Made by a program: the position numbers and the translations under genes
Part shown: piece by piece, positions 39,936 through 48,505 of the stretch
Layout: each line of letters opens with the position of its first letter
Position numbering within the stretch: the stretch's first letter is position 1
From: an uncultured Holophaga sp.
Lineage (GTDB): Bacteria > Acidobacteriota > Holophagae > Holophagales > Holophagaceae
Assembly (NCBI GenBank): GCA_963664825.1
Contig: OY761614.1
Coordinates: 288,001 to 352,000, forward strand
Length of the DNA: 64,000 nt
Direction: 5' to 3'
The notes under the pieces: generated by a model
The model's database searches: none
What the model saw: only the letters and a program-made list of their open reading frames with translations
What the model was told of the DNA's origin: nothing

Positions 39936-39966
39936 ACCCAACCCAGCCCCCCAGGAGCCTTCCCCA

Positions 39967-40713
39967 GTGGACATCCCACGGATCTTCACCATCACCGAGA
40001 GCGCTCACCGCATCCACAACCCGATCACACCCGAAAAGCTCGCCACCCTCGGCGCGGCGCTGCGTCTGGAACCGGGGGCCCGAGTGCTCGACCTGGGCAG
40101 CGGTTCGGGGGAGATGCTGTGCACCTGGGCCCGCGATCACGGCGTCACCGGCACCGGCATAGACATGAGCCAGCTCTTTACCGAACAAGCGAAATCCCGG
40201 GCCGTAGAACTCGGCGTTGCCGATCGGGTCCAGTTCATCCACGGCGATGCGGCCGGCTACGTCTCCGATCAGAAGGTCAGCGTGGCCGCCTGTGTGGGCG
40301 CCACCTGGATCGCCGGTGGAGTCGCCGGCACGATCGAGCTTCTGGCGCGAAGCCTCGGCACCGAAGGGATCATCCTCATCGGCGAGCCCTACTGGCGGCA
40401 GTTGCCGCCGACGGAAGAGGTTGCCAAGGGCTGTCTGGCCCACTCCATCTCCGACTTCCTCCTGCTCCCAGGCCTTCTCGCGTCTTTCGGCCACCTCGGC
40501 TGCAACGTCGTGGAAATGGTCCTGGCTGACCAGGACGGCTGGGACAGGTACGAGGCGGCCAAATGGCTCACCATGCGCCGATGGCTCGAGGCCAATCCCG
40601 ACGACGCCTTTGCGCAAGAAATCCGGGCCCAACTCAGTTCGGAACCCGAGCGCTATGCCGCTTGCACGCGGGAATACCTGGGCTGGGGCGTGTTCGCGCT
40701 GATGCCGCGGTGA
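39967..40713 (+). CDS. yjhP: YjhP-like class I SAM-dependent methyltransferase
   Basis: GTG start with AGGAG RBS; MDIPRIFTITESAHRIHNP, VLDLGSGSGEMLCTWARDHG, WDRYEAAKWLTMRRWL as recalled for E. coli YjhP. Confidence 0.85.
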   Translation: MDIPRIFTITESAHRIHNPITPEKLATLGAALRLEPGARVLDLGSGSGEMLCTWARDHGVTGTGIDMSQLFTEQAKSRAVELGVADRVQFIHGDAAGYVSDQKVSVAACVGATWIAGGVAGTIELLARSLGTEGIILIGEPYWRQLPPTEEVAKGCLAHSISDFLLLPGLLASFGHLGCNVVEMVLADQDGWDRYEAAKWLTMRRWLEANPDDAFAQEIRAQLSSEPERYAACTREYLGWGVFALMPR

Positions 40714-40780
40714 GTCAAACAAATCGTTCACCCCTAGCGCTACCTCTTGCTCTTACCACCATCCCTTTTTTGAGGTTCCC

Positions 40781-41473
40781 ATGAACCAGACCCTCCAGCC
40801 AGCTCCTGGATCGAAGGCGGCGAGAAACTGCGGCATCATTTCCATCATTTTAAGCTTTACCTGCATCGGCCTTCCGATTGGAATCGTCCTTGCGATCATT
40901 GCGCTCGTGCAGCAGAGCAAGGCGAAAGCGGCGGCCAAGGCTGAGCCAAATCTTTACGAAATGCCGACTCAAACCGGCCTCGTCACCGGCATCATCGGCT
41001 TGGTGATGCCTGTGCTCATGCTGCCATTTATTGGCATCGTCAGCGCAATCGCCATTCCAGCGCTGTTGGGGCAACGCGCCAGGGCTAGGGACAAGGCCTC
41101 CATCTCAAGCATGATGTCCAAGCAGACTGACCTCCTTGTCGAATATCAGAAATTATCCGAGAGCCAAACACCCACTCCCGAAATCCCGGCTAAGCTCGAA
41201 TCATTCTTGGAAAACAGTGCTCGGCAGGAGCGCAACCCCTGGGCACCGACGGAGGGTTCCGCAGCCTTTGATTTCCATATCCGCGTCGCAGCGAACCTGG
41301 ATAAGAGCGCTATCGAGAAGATGGCCATCGGTGAAGCTACGACCCTAGGCCGTCCGGTATTCGTCATTGAACTCCCCGCCCATGGGGAGACTGGATATTT
41401 GGCCAGCGCCGTGCTGGTGCAGAACCACCTAAATAATGGGCCGGTCTATTCCAAGGTCGTGCCTCTCGAGTAA
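40781..41473 (+). CDS. DUF4190-like membrane protein with a pilin-like helix
   Basis: GIISIIL...GIVLAIIAL, GLVTGIIG, then IVSAIAIPALLGQRARARD. Confidence 0.7.
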   Translation: MNQTLQPAPGSKAARNCGIISIILSFTCIGLPIGIVLAIIALVQQSKAKAAAKAEPNLYEMPTQTGLVTGIIGLVMPVLMLPFIGIVSAIAIPALLGQRARARDKASISSMMSKQTDLLVEYQKLSESQTPTPEIPAKLESFLENSARQERNPWAPTEGSAAFDFHIRVAANLDKSAIEKMAIGEATTLGRPVFVIELPAHGETGYLASAVLVQNHLNNGPVYSKVVPLE

Positions 41474-41653
41474 TCCAGAGTGGGTGGGGTTCACCCCTCA
41501 GCGCTTCGCCGTCCGCTCTTTATTTCCCGCCCCGCACCCGCGGGGCTTTCTCGTGCAGGCTCTTCTTCCCTGTCCATCGTCTCCGTGGACGCCTGCCCCA
41601 GGTGATACACTCGGCGCCAATCCAGGGCTCCCGAGCCCCTCCCAGGCCCCCCC

Positions 41654-42292
41654 ATGAGTCTTCCCATCTGGATCCTCTTCGTGACCGTGGCCCTGGCCGC
41701 CGTGCTCAGTCCGGGCCCCGCCGTGCTGCATGCGATCACCAACAGCATGGCCTTCGGCTGGCGCCGGGTGGTCTTTTCCTCCCTGGGCAACATCCTCGGT
41801 CTGCTGGCGCTTTCCGGTCTGGCCGTGGCGGGCCTGGGCGCCCTCCTCAAGACCTCCCTGGTCGTCTTCTCCGTCCTCAAGCTCCTGGGCGCAGGCTACC
41901 TGATCCTCCTGGGCATCCGGCAGTGGCGGGCCCGAACCAGCGTGTTCACTCAAGGCGATGCCACAGCCCTGCCCGAATCCCTGAGCAACGGCCGCATCCT
42001 CCTCAAGGGCCTGATGGTGGCCTTGACCAACCCCAAGGCCATCCTCTTCTTCAGCGCCCTATTCCCCCAGTTCCTCCGGTCGGACCGGGCCCTTTTCCCC
42101 CAGTTCCTGATCCTCATGGCCACCTTCATGGCCCTCTCCTTCCTGGCCCTGATGGGCTACGGAATGCTCGCCCACACCGCCCGGACTTGGTTCTCCGACG
42201 AACGCCGCTCCACCTGGTTCAACCGCGCCTCCGGCGGGGCGTTCTGCCTGCTCGGCCTCGGCATGCTGAGACTCAAGGCGGCCCGCGCGTGA
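41654..42292 (+). CDS. LysE/RhtB-family translocator
   Basis: SPGPAV, LKLLGAGYLILLG, LTNPKAILFF.ALFPQF. Confidence 0.93.
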   Translation: MSLPIWILFVTVALAAVLSPGPAVLHAITNSMAFGWRRVVFSSLGNILGLLALSGLAVAGLGALLKTSLVVFSVLKLLGAGYLILLGIRQWRARTSVFTQGDATALPESLSNGRILLKGLMVALTNPKAILFFSALFPQFLRSDRALFPQFLILMATFMALSFLALMGYGMLAHTARTWFSDERRSTWFNRASGGAFCLLGLGMLRLKAARA

Positions 42293-42530
42293 TACCGGCT
42301 TGAATCGGAAGGGATGATTCACCGCAAGAACGCAGAGCGAGCTTTAGCGAGCGGGCGGTCCCCTCTTCCATGGCAGAGAACCGAAGGGCCTGCACGGCTC
42401 TTCTCCGTGCCTTGTTCCCTGTTTCCGTGATGCGTTTTTTTTGGCTTGCCATTTGACACGCTCCCCCTGGGAGACGCGTTCCCGCTCCCTTCCCTCTTCG
42501 TGCGATGATGGTGCCTTGGAGAAACCACGC

Positions 42531-43628
42531 ATGGCCCCTCGCAAACGAACCCCGACCGAGATGCCCGAAGACGCCCCCGTGAAGGAAGCGAAACCCAAGG
42601 CCACCAAAACCGCCGTAAAGAAGCCCGCCAAGGCCGCGCCGAAAGTTGCCGCGCCGAAGGCCGAGCCCGCCAAGCGGAAAGCCAAGGCTGCACCCAAGGC
42701 AGCCCCAATGCCCGAGGTCGTGCCCGCCCCGAAAGCGGCCCCCCGGAAGCGCGCCGCTAAGCCCGTGACGGCAGCCAAGCCCATGGCAGAGGCCGAGCCT
42801 CTGGCAATGGCCAAGCCCGCTCCTTCAGAGGTGAAACCGACAGCGGCCTTCACGCCCCACGCCCAGAAGGTGATGGAAGCCATCGCCGCAGGTCGCGCCA
42901 TCGAGCTCATCTTCACGGATGCCGATGCTTATCCGCCGCGCACCTTCGAGGCCAGGCAGCTGCTCTTCGATGTCTTCACCGGCAGCTGGTTCGTCTGGGG
43001 CTGGGATCGCCGCTACAACGCCGAGCGCCACCATCGCCTCGATCTGCTCGCCGAGATCAATCCGGTGGAGGGCCCCGGCCGCTCCGCCCAGGGCCCCTTC
43101 CCCGAAGGCACGCCCTTCAATCAGATCGGCGGCTGGCGCGGAGGAGAGCCCATCCCCGTGAAGGCCGTGCTCCAGAAGCAGTGGATCTTCGCCGTCAAGC
43201 AGGCCCCCGCCCCCTTCCCGGATTTCCGCATCGAGGATCTCGAGGACGGCAAGGCCCAGATCAGCTTCACGGGCACCGATCTCCGGGCCATTGCCCGCTG
43301 GTGCATGCAGTTCGGGGATGGTCTCCAGGTGCAGGAACCCCAGCGTCTGGTGGACCGCATCCGCCAGGTGGGCGTCTCCTGGGCCGGCAAGGCCGCAGCC
43401 GTGCCGCCGCCCGCCCCACGGGCCCAATCCCGGCCTGAACCTCGCCCTGAAGCGAGGCCTGAAGCCCGTCCCGAATCCCGCCCAGAGCCCAGGCCCGAAC
43501 ACAGGCCCCGGAAGGAATTCCGGGAATCCCGGGAGCCGCGAGAGGCCCGGGAATCACGCGAGACCCGGGAATCCGAGGCCCCCAAGGGCAAGCCCGCCCG
43601 TCTTGAGGTCCGCGTCGAGCGACTCTAA
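42531..43628 (+). CDS. WYL-WCX domain protein with a Lys/Ala/Pro-rich N-terminal tail
   Basis: GGAGA RBS; EAIAAGRAIELIF...RTFEARQL...WFVWGWD...ERHHRLDLL (WYL); IARWCMQFGDGLQVQEPQRLVDRI (WCX). Confidence 0.8.
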   Translation: MAPRKRTPTEMPEDAPVKEAKPKATKTAVKKPAKAAPKVAAPKAEPAKRKAKAAPKAAPMPEVVPAPKAAPRKRAAKPVTAAKPMAEAEPLAMAKPAPSEVKPTAAFTPHAQKVMEAIAAGRAIELIFTDADAYPPRTFEARQLLFDVFTGSWFVWGWDRRYNAERHHRLDLLAEINPVEGPGRSAQGPFPEGTPFNQIGGWRGGEPIPVKAVLQKQWIFAVKQAPAPFPDFRIEDLEDGKAQISFTGTDLRAIARWCMQFGDGLQVQEPQRLVDRIRQVGVSWAGKAAAVPPPAPRAQSRPEPRPEARPEARPESRPEPRPEHRPRKEFRESREPREARESRETRESEAPKGKPARLEVRVERL

Positions 43629-43648
43629 GCACAGCCGCATTCTCTTGC

Positions 43649-43676
43649 CCAGATGGCCCGCAATCGGGCCATCTGG
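43649..43676 (+). terminator. 12-bp hairpin after the WYL gene
   Basis: CCAGATGGCCCG-caat-CGGGCCATCTGG. Confidence 0.6.
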
Positions 43677-43679
43677 CAT

Positions 43680-43712
43680 ATTCTTGACCAATTCAATCAG
43701 GAACCCTAGACT
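43680..43712 (+). promoter_or_regulatory. Sigma70 promoter overlapped by an IscR type-1-like Rrf2 operator
   Basis: TTGACC-17bp-TAGACT; dyad TTCTTGA-N9-TCAGGAA. Confidence 0.75.
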
Positions 43713-43741
43713 GGTTTTCTTCAGCTGATGGAAGGCTCCCC

Positions 43742-44245
43742 TTGAAGATCTCGGCCCGCGGACGGTATTCCATGCAAGCCCTCTTCGACCTGGCCCACCA
43801 TAGCCACGGGCAGCCGATCCCCCTGCATCTCATCGCCCAGCGCCAGGAGCTGAGCCTCCCCTTCCTGGAGCAGATCTTCAACAAGCTCAAGAAGGCCGGC
43901 ATCGTCACCAGTGTGCGCGGCCCCAAGGGGGGCTACATCCTCACCCGCCCCTGCAACGAGGTCAGCGTGGGAGATGTGCTGCGCCTGACCGACAGCAGCT
44001 TCTACGCCAGCGCCAAGGAGGATCCCACCAGCGCCCGCTCGCTCCTCCAGGCCGACGAGAAGATGAACCGGCTCCTCTGGAAACAGCTCTCCGATCACGT
44101 CACCCACTTCATGGACACGGTCTCCCTGGCCGATCTCTGCGTGGAGAGCGGCAGCAACGCCTGCCCGGCCTGCACCTGTCCCACCTACACCCACGACGTG
44201 GAAGACCAGATCAAGCGCGGCGCCCGCAAACCCTGCGAATTCTGA
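43742..44245 (+). CDS. Rrf2-family transcriptional regulator (IscR/CymR-like)
   Basis: MKISARGRYS, FLEQIFNKLKKAGIVTSVRGPKGGY; TTG start. Confidence 0.93.
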   Translation: MKISARGRYSMQALFDLAHHSHGQPIPLHLIAQRQELSLPFLEQIFNKLKKAGIVTSVRGPKGGYILTRPCNEVSVGDVLRLTDSSFYASAKEDPTSARSLLQADEKMNRLLWKQLSDHVTHFMDTVSLADLCVESGSNACPACTCPTYTHDVEDQIKRGARKPCEF

Positions 44246-45075
44246 TGTCCAACCCCTGCGCGCTGCCCACCCTTTCCCTGCCGCCCACGGAAGAGGAGCT
44301 GAAGGCCCTTCCCAAGCTGGAGGAGCGCCTCCGCCGCCGCTTCGGGGTCTGCGTCACCGAATACAAGCTCATCGAGGACGGGGATCGCATCCTGGTGGGC
44401 CTCTCCGGAGGCAAGGATTCCTGGGCCTGCCTGGATCTGCTCCATTCCCTGCGCAGGCGGGCCCCCGTCAAGTTCGAGGTCCACGCCGCCACCATCGACC
44501 CGGGCTTTCCCGGCTTCAACCCGGACCGCATCGCGGAAGCCTGTGAGCGAATGCAGGTGCCCCATGTGATCCTGCCGGCTCCCATCGATCCGCTGGTGAG
44601 GAAGAGGCCGGAAACCACCCCCTGCGCCATCTGTTCGCGCCTGCGCCGGGGCGTCCTCTACACCTACGCCAAGACCCACGGCTACACCAAGATCGCCCTG
44701 GGCCACCACCTGGACGACCTCATCGAGACCCTGCTTCTCAATCAGTTCTTCGAGGGGCGCCTCTCCACCATGCCCCTCAAGCTGCGGAGCGATGACGGCG
44801 CCAATACCGTGATCCGCCCCCTGGGCACCTGCGAGGAGGAGGATCTTCGCCGCTTCGCTTGGCTCAAAGGCTACCCCATCGTCCCCTGCGGCTGCCCCCT
44901 CTGCGGTGCCTCTAGCCTCGAATCCAGCCGCGCTCAGGTGAAGGCCCTCGTCGCCACCCTGCGCGAGACCATCCCGGATATCAAGTTCTGCATGCTGCGG
45001 GCTATGAAAAATGTGAAGACCTCCCATCTCCTGGACAAGGAGCTTTTGGCCCTACCGAGGGAATTTGCCAAGTAG
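44245..45075 (+). CDS. ttcA: tRNA 2-thiocytidine(32) synthetase
   Basis: SGGKDS PP-loop, CAICSRLRRG, GHHLDD, VIRPL, PCGCPLCG. Confidence 0.92.
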   Translation: MSNPCALPTLSLPPTEEELKALPKLEERLRRRFGVCVTEYKLIEDGDRILVGLSGGKDSWACLDLLHSLRRRAPVKFEVHAATIDPGFPGFNPDRIAEACERMQVPHVILPAPIDPLVRKRPETTPCAICSRLRRGVLYTYAKTHGYTKIALGHHLDDLIETLLLNQFFEGRLSTMPLKLRSDDGANTVIRPLGTCEEEDLRRFAWLKGYPIVPCGCPLCGASSLESSRAQVKALVATLRETIPDIKFCMLRAMKNVKTSHLLDKELLALPREFAK

Positions 45076-45124
45076 GGGAGCCTCCCTGATAAGGTGAAGG
45101 TGATTTCCCCTTGGGGAGCCAGCC

Positions 45125-45547
45125 ATGCAGAACCTCACCGCCGCGTGGGCCCGGAAGGCCGAAGCCGATCTGGATACGGCCAAGCGGGAACTCCACGTCA
45201 AGGAGGAGCCCAACTTCGAGGCGGTCTGCACCCATGCCCAGCAGAGCGCCCTCAAGTATCTGAAGGCTAGGCTCCTGAAGGCCGAGATCCCCTTTCCATC
45301 CACCACCCACCTGGTGGTGCTCCTGGAGCTATGCCTGGACGAGGAGCCTGACTGGGAGGAATTCCGCCCCCACCTCCGTTCCCTGAACCATCTAGCCGCC
45401 CAGCTCGAGGATCCCGAATATGTGCCCGATGGCCCCATGGCCGCCGAAGCCTACAGCCTGGCCCGCGCCTTTGGGGAGAGGGCCCGGACCGGACTGGAAC
45501 TGGAACTGGAACTGGAAATCATCTCAGGCGCAGCCACAGGCCTTTGA
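45125..45547 (+). CDS. HEPN-domain protein
   Basis: W..KAEADL..A, HAQQSALKYLKA, THLVVLL. Confidence 0.8.
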   Translation: MQNLTAAWARKAEADLDTAKRELHVKEEPNFEAVCTHAQQSALKYLKARLLKAEIPFPSTTHLVVLLELCLDEEPDWEEFRPHLRSLNHLAAQLEDPEYVPDGPMAAEAYSLARAFGERARTGLELELELEIISGAATGL

Positions 45548-46709
45548 GGTAGAAGCCCTCAGGATGATTCAGGCCGTAGGGGTGGTCTCCGGGCTGCCCC
45601 AGGTGGGCAATGATCTGCGCCTCGCGCTTCGCCTCCAGCAGGGCCGTCCAGACCGCCTCCTGGAAGCGGGAGCGTTCAAGATGCTGGCTGCAGGAGAAGC
45701 ACCAGAGCATGCCCCCGGGGGCGGTCGCCTGGGCGCCGAGCCTGAAGACATCCTTGTAGGCCTTGAAGGCCGCGTCCACGTCCTTGCGCTGCTTGGCGAA
45801 GGCCGGGGGATCCACGATGACCCGGTCCCAGGAGGCCGGTTCCAGGGAGCGCATCAATTCAAAGGCGTCCCCCTGCATCCGAATATGCCGGGAGGGATCC
45901 AGTCCGTTCAGGATCCAGTCCCCTTCGGCTTGGTCCAGGGCGGGCCCTGAGATATCGAGGGTCGCCACCTCCCGGGCTCCCCCCAGCCCTGCCTGGATCG
46001 AGAAGCCGCCGGTATAGCCGAAGGCGTTGAGCACGCGGCAATCCTGGGAGACCCGCCCCAGGCTCAGGCGATGTTCCCGCTGATCCAGGAAGAAGCCCGT
46101 CTTCTGGCCCTTGAGGAGATCCACGGAAAACGTGGCCTGGCCTTCCCGGATGAGCACGGGCCCCGCCAGGCTGCCCTTCAGGAGCCGGTTGACGGGTCCG
46201 AGGCCTTCCTCCTTGCGGCCGGACTGGCTGCGTTCCACAAAGACACGGCAGCCTTCCAGCTTGGCCAATTCAAAGAGCACCGGCCACCAAGTCTCCCGCA
46301 GGGCTTCCAACCCGGCGGTACCCACCTGGATCACCAGGGCCTGGGCATAGCGATCCACCACCAGGCCCGGAAGGCCATCCCCCTCCCCGAAGACCCAGCG
46401 GCAGCCGCCTTCGGTGTTCTCCAGCCCCAGCGTCTTCCTCAGCACGAGTGCGGCCTGGAGGCGCTCCCTGAAAAATTCCGCGTCCAGGGGTTGATCCTCG
46501 AAGCGGAAGATCCGCATAGCCAGGGGGTTGCTCGCCGAGGCCGTACCCACCCCCAGCACGTTTCCACTGGAATCAGCCAGACGCACCAGAGGCCCAGATG
46601 CAGGTTCGGCGAGGGCTCCCGAGAAGACCCAGGGGTGGCGTTTCGTGAGGAGGGTCTCCTTGCCCGGCTTCAGGCGGAGGATCGGATAGGGCCAGCGGGT
46701 AGCGTCCAT
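45519..46709 (-). CDS. rlmI: RlmI-like PUA + SAM-dependent rRNA methyltransferase
   Basis: RHPWVFSG, GDGLPGLVVDRY, GQKTGFFLDQR, DPPAFAK, YLKG. Confidence 0.88.
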   Translation of the reverse strand: MDATRWPYPILRLKPGKETLLTKRHPWVFSGALAEPASGPLVRLADSSGNVLGVGTASASNPLAMRIFRFEDQPLDAEFFRERLQAALVLRKTLGLENTEGGCRWVFGEGDGLPGLVVDRYAQALVIQVGTAGLEALRETWWPVLFELAKLEGCRVFVERSQSGRKEEGLGPVNRLLKGSLAGPVLIREGQATFSVDLLKGQKTGFFLDQREHRLSLGRVSQDCRVLNAFGYTGGFSIQAGLGGAREVATLDISGPALDQAEGDWILNGLDPSRHIRMQGDAFELMRSLEPASWDRVIVDPPAFAKQRKDVDAAFKAYKDVFRLGAQATAPGGMLWCFSCSQHLERSRFQEAVWTALLEAKREAQIIAHLGQPGDHPYGLNHPEGFYLKGLWLRLR

Positions 46710-46719
46710 AGGTTCTTCC

Positions 46720-48402
46720 TCAGACCAACATCACCAGGAGCGCCTGGGCCAGCATGATCTTCAGGATGGTCGCCAGGGGGTAGACCGTGGCGAAGCCCAC
46801 ATTGGGCATCTCGTTCTTGGTCTGCTGGCAGGCGTAGCCCAGTAGCACGGGCTGGGTGTGCATGCCCGCCACGATGCCGAACATCACGTTGAGGGGGATC
46901 TTGAAGAGCTTGTGACCGACCCAGTAGGCGAGGGTATCGGCCAGGGTGGCCACGATCAGGGCGCTCGTCAGGAAGATGGGCAGCCAGGCGATGTTCTTGG
47001 TGAGGATCTGCCGGAAGCCTTCCCCGGAGATGATGCCGATGCCCGCAGCGAAGAGCACCAGCCCGAACTGGCGGATGGTGTGGTTGGCGCTGTAGGGGAT
47101 GTTCCAGATGAAGGGACCAAACTTGTGGTAACGCCCCAGGAGCAGGCCCACCACCAGGGGGCCCCCAGCGAAACCGAGCTTGAATATCATGCCGTGGCCC
47201 AGGGGAAAGGGAATCTGCCCCACCGCCAGGCCGAGGGCCAGGCCCATGGCGAAGGTGAGGAAGGAGGCCTCGGAGAGTTCCCGGTAGCTATCGCCGAAGT
47301 ACTCCTCGATCGCAGCGATATTGCCCTTGGCGGTGGCCACGCGGATGCGGTCCCCCAGTTCCAGCACGGTATCCGCATCGGGTACGAACCAGACATCCCC
47401 CCGACGCAGGCGCGTGATGATGCAGTTGTGCTTCTCCGGCAGCTGCAAGGCCCGCAGGGTGCGCCCGATGACATCATGGCTGCTGACGAAGACCCGGGTG
47501 GAATCGTACTCGCTGATATCGTTTTGAAGGGCGGTCTCCGAGGTCTTCCCCAGGAGGGCCGTGGCGCGCAGCACATCCTCGGGCGTGCCCACCACCATGA
47601 GCAGATCCCCCACCTGGAGGGTGATATCCAGGGGCGCCATGGTGAATTCGGCGCCGCGCTTCAGGCGATCGAAGACCACCTTGCAATTGGCCTGCTCCCG
47701 CAGATCCACATGGGTCTTCCCCGCGCCCGTCTCCAGCACTTCGATGGTGGCCACCACCAGATGGCTGGAGCCCGAACTGTAGCCGTGCAGGCTCGCGGCC
47801 TCCTTCTGGAGATCGACCTTGAAGAAGCGGCGGCTCAGCACCATGGAGAGCATGGGGATCAAGACGCCGACGGGGTAGGCGATGGCGCTGGCCACGGTGG
47901 GCTTGGCGATCTCCATGGCATCGGAGGTGGTGCGCTTCAGGGCCTCAATGACGCCGGCCAGGGCAGGCATGTTGTTGAAGGAACCCGTGAGCAGGCCCGC
48001 GGCGTACTTGCTATCGAAGTGGAACAGCCGCTTGGCGATGACGGCGATGAGGAAGGTGCTGAAGATCATCACAATGGCGACCACGGCGTTCTTCTGGATG
48101 CCCTCCTTGGTGAAGGCGGCCCAGAAGCTGTGGGCGATGGCCAGCCCCATGGCGTAGACGAAGATGGCCAGTCCCAATTCGTAGACGAGCTTCATCTCCT
48201 TGGAGACGTCCTTCTTGAGGGCGGGATCCAGGTCCGGCGCCAACACCACGGCCCCGAGAGCGATGCCCGCAAACAGGATCGAGGCGATGCCCAGGGAGGC
48301 CCCCGCGATCTTGATCTTGCTGATGGGATATCCCAGGGCCACTACGGCGAAGAGCAGCAGCAGCGGATTGTGCGCAAAAAACCACATGACGGAGTGGAAC
48401 AT
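46720..48402 (-). CDS. Aspartate:alanine exchanger (AspT/YidE/YbjL) family transporter, paralog 1
   Basis: Duplicated TM domains flanking two TrkA-C-like domains; LGFAGGPLVVGLLLG; GFATVYP. Confidence 0.92.
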   Translation of the reverse strand: MFHSVMWFFAHNPLLLLFAVVALGYPISKIKIAGASLGIASILFAGIALGAVVLAPDLDPALKKDVSKEMKLVYELGLAIFVYAMGLAIAHSFWAAFTKEGIQKNAVVAIVMIFSTFLIAVIAKRLFHFDSKYAAGLLTGSFNNMPALAGVIEALKRTTSDAMEIAKPTVASAIAYPVGVLIPMLSMVLSRRFFKVDLQKEAASLHGYSSGSSHLVVATIEVLETGAGKTHVDLREQANCKVVFDRLKRGAEFTMAPLDITLQVGDLLMVVGTPEDVLRATALLGKTSETALQNDISEYDSTRVFVSSHDVIGRTLRALQLPEKHNCIITRLRRGDVWFVPDADTVLELGDRIRVATAKGNIAAIEEYFGDSYRELSEASFLTFAMGLALGLAVGQIPFPLGHGMIFKLGFAGGPLVVGLLLGRYHKFGPFIWNIPYSANHTIRQFGLVLFAAGIGIISGEGFRQILTKNIAWLPIFLTSALIVATLADTLAYWVGHKLFKIPLNVMFGIVAGMHTQPVLLGYACQQTKNEMPNVGFATVYPLATILKIMLAQALLVMLV

Positions 48403-48505
48403 GGACTCTCCACATCGGCACCGAAGTGCATTCCTTGAGGGGGGAGCCGCAGACAGACAACTGGCGGACTCCCGATGCCTTCATGCTAACCCAAGGCGAG
48501 GTCCC

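Noticed and set aside
39817..39966. Longer start for the methyltransferase
   Set aside because: Overlaps the acetyltransferase gene. The GTG at 39967 has an RBS and matches the family N-terminus.
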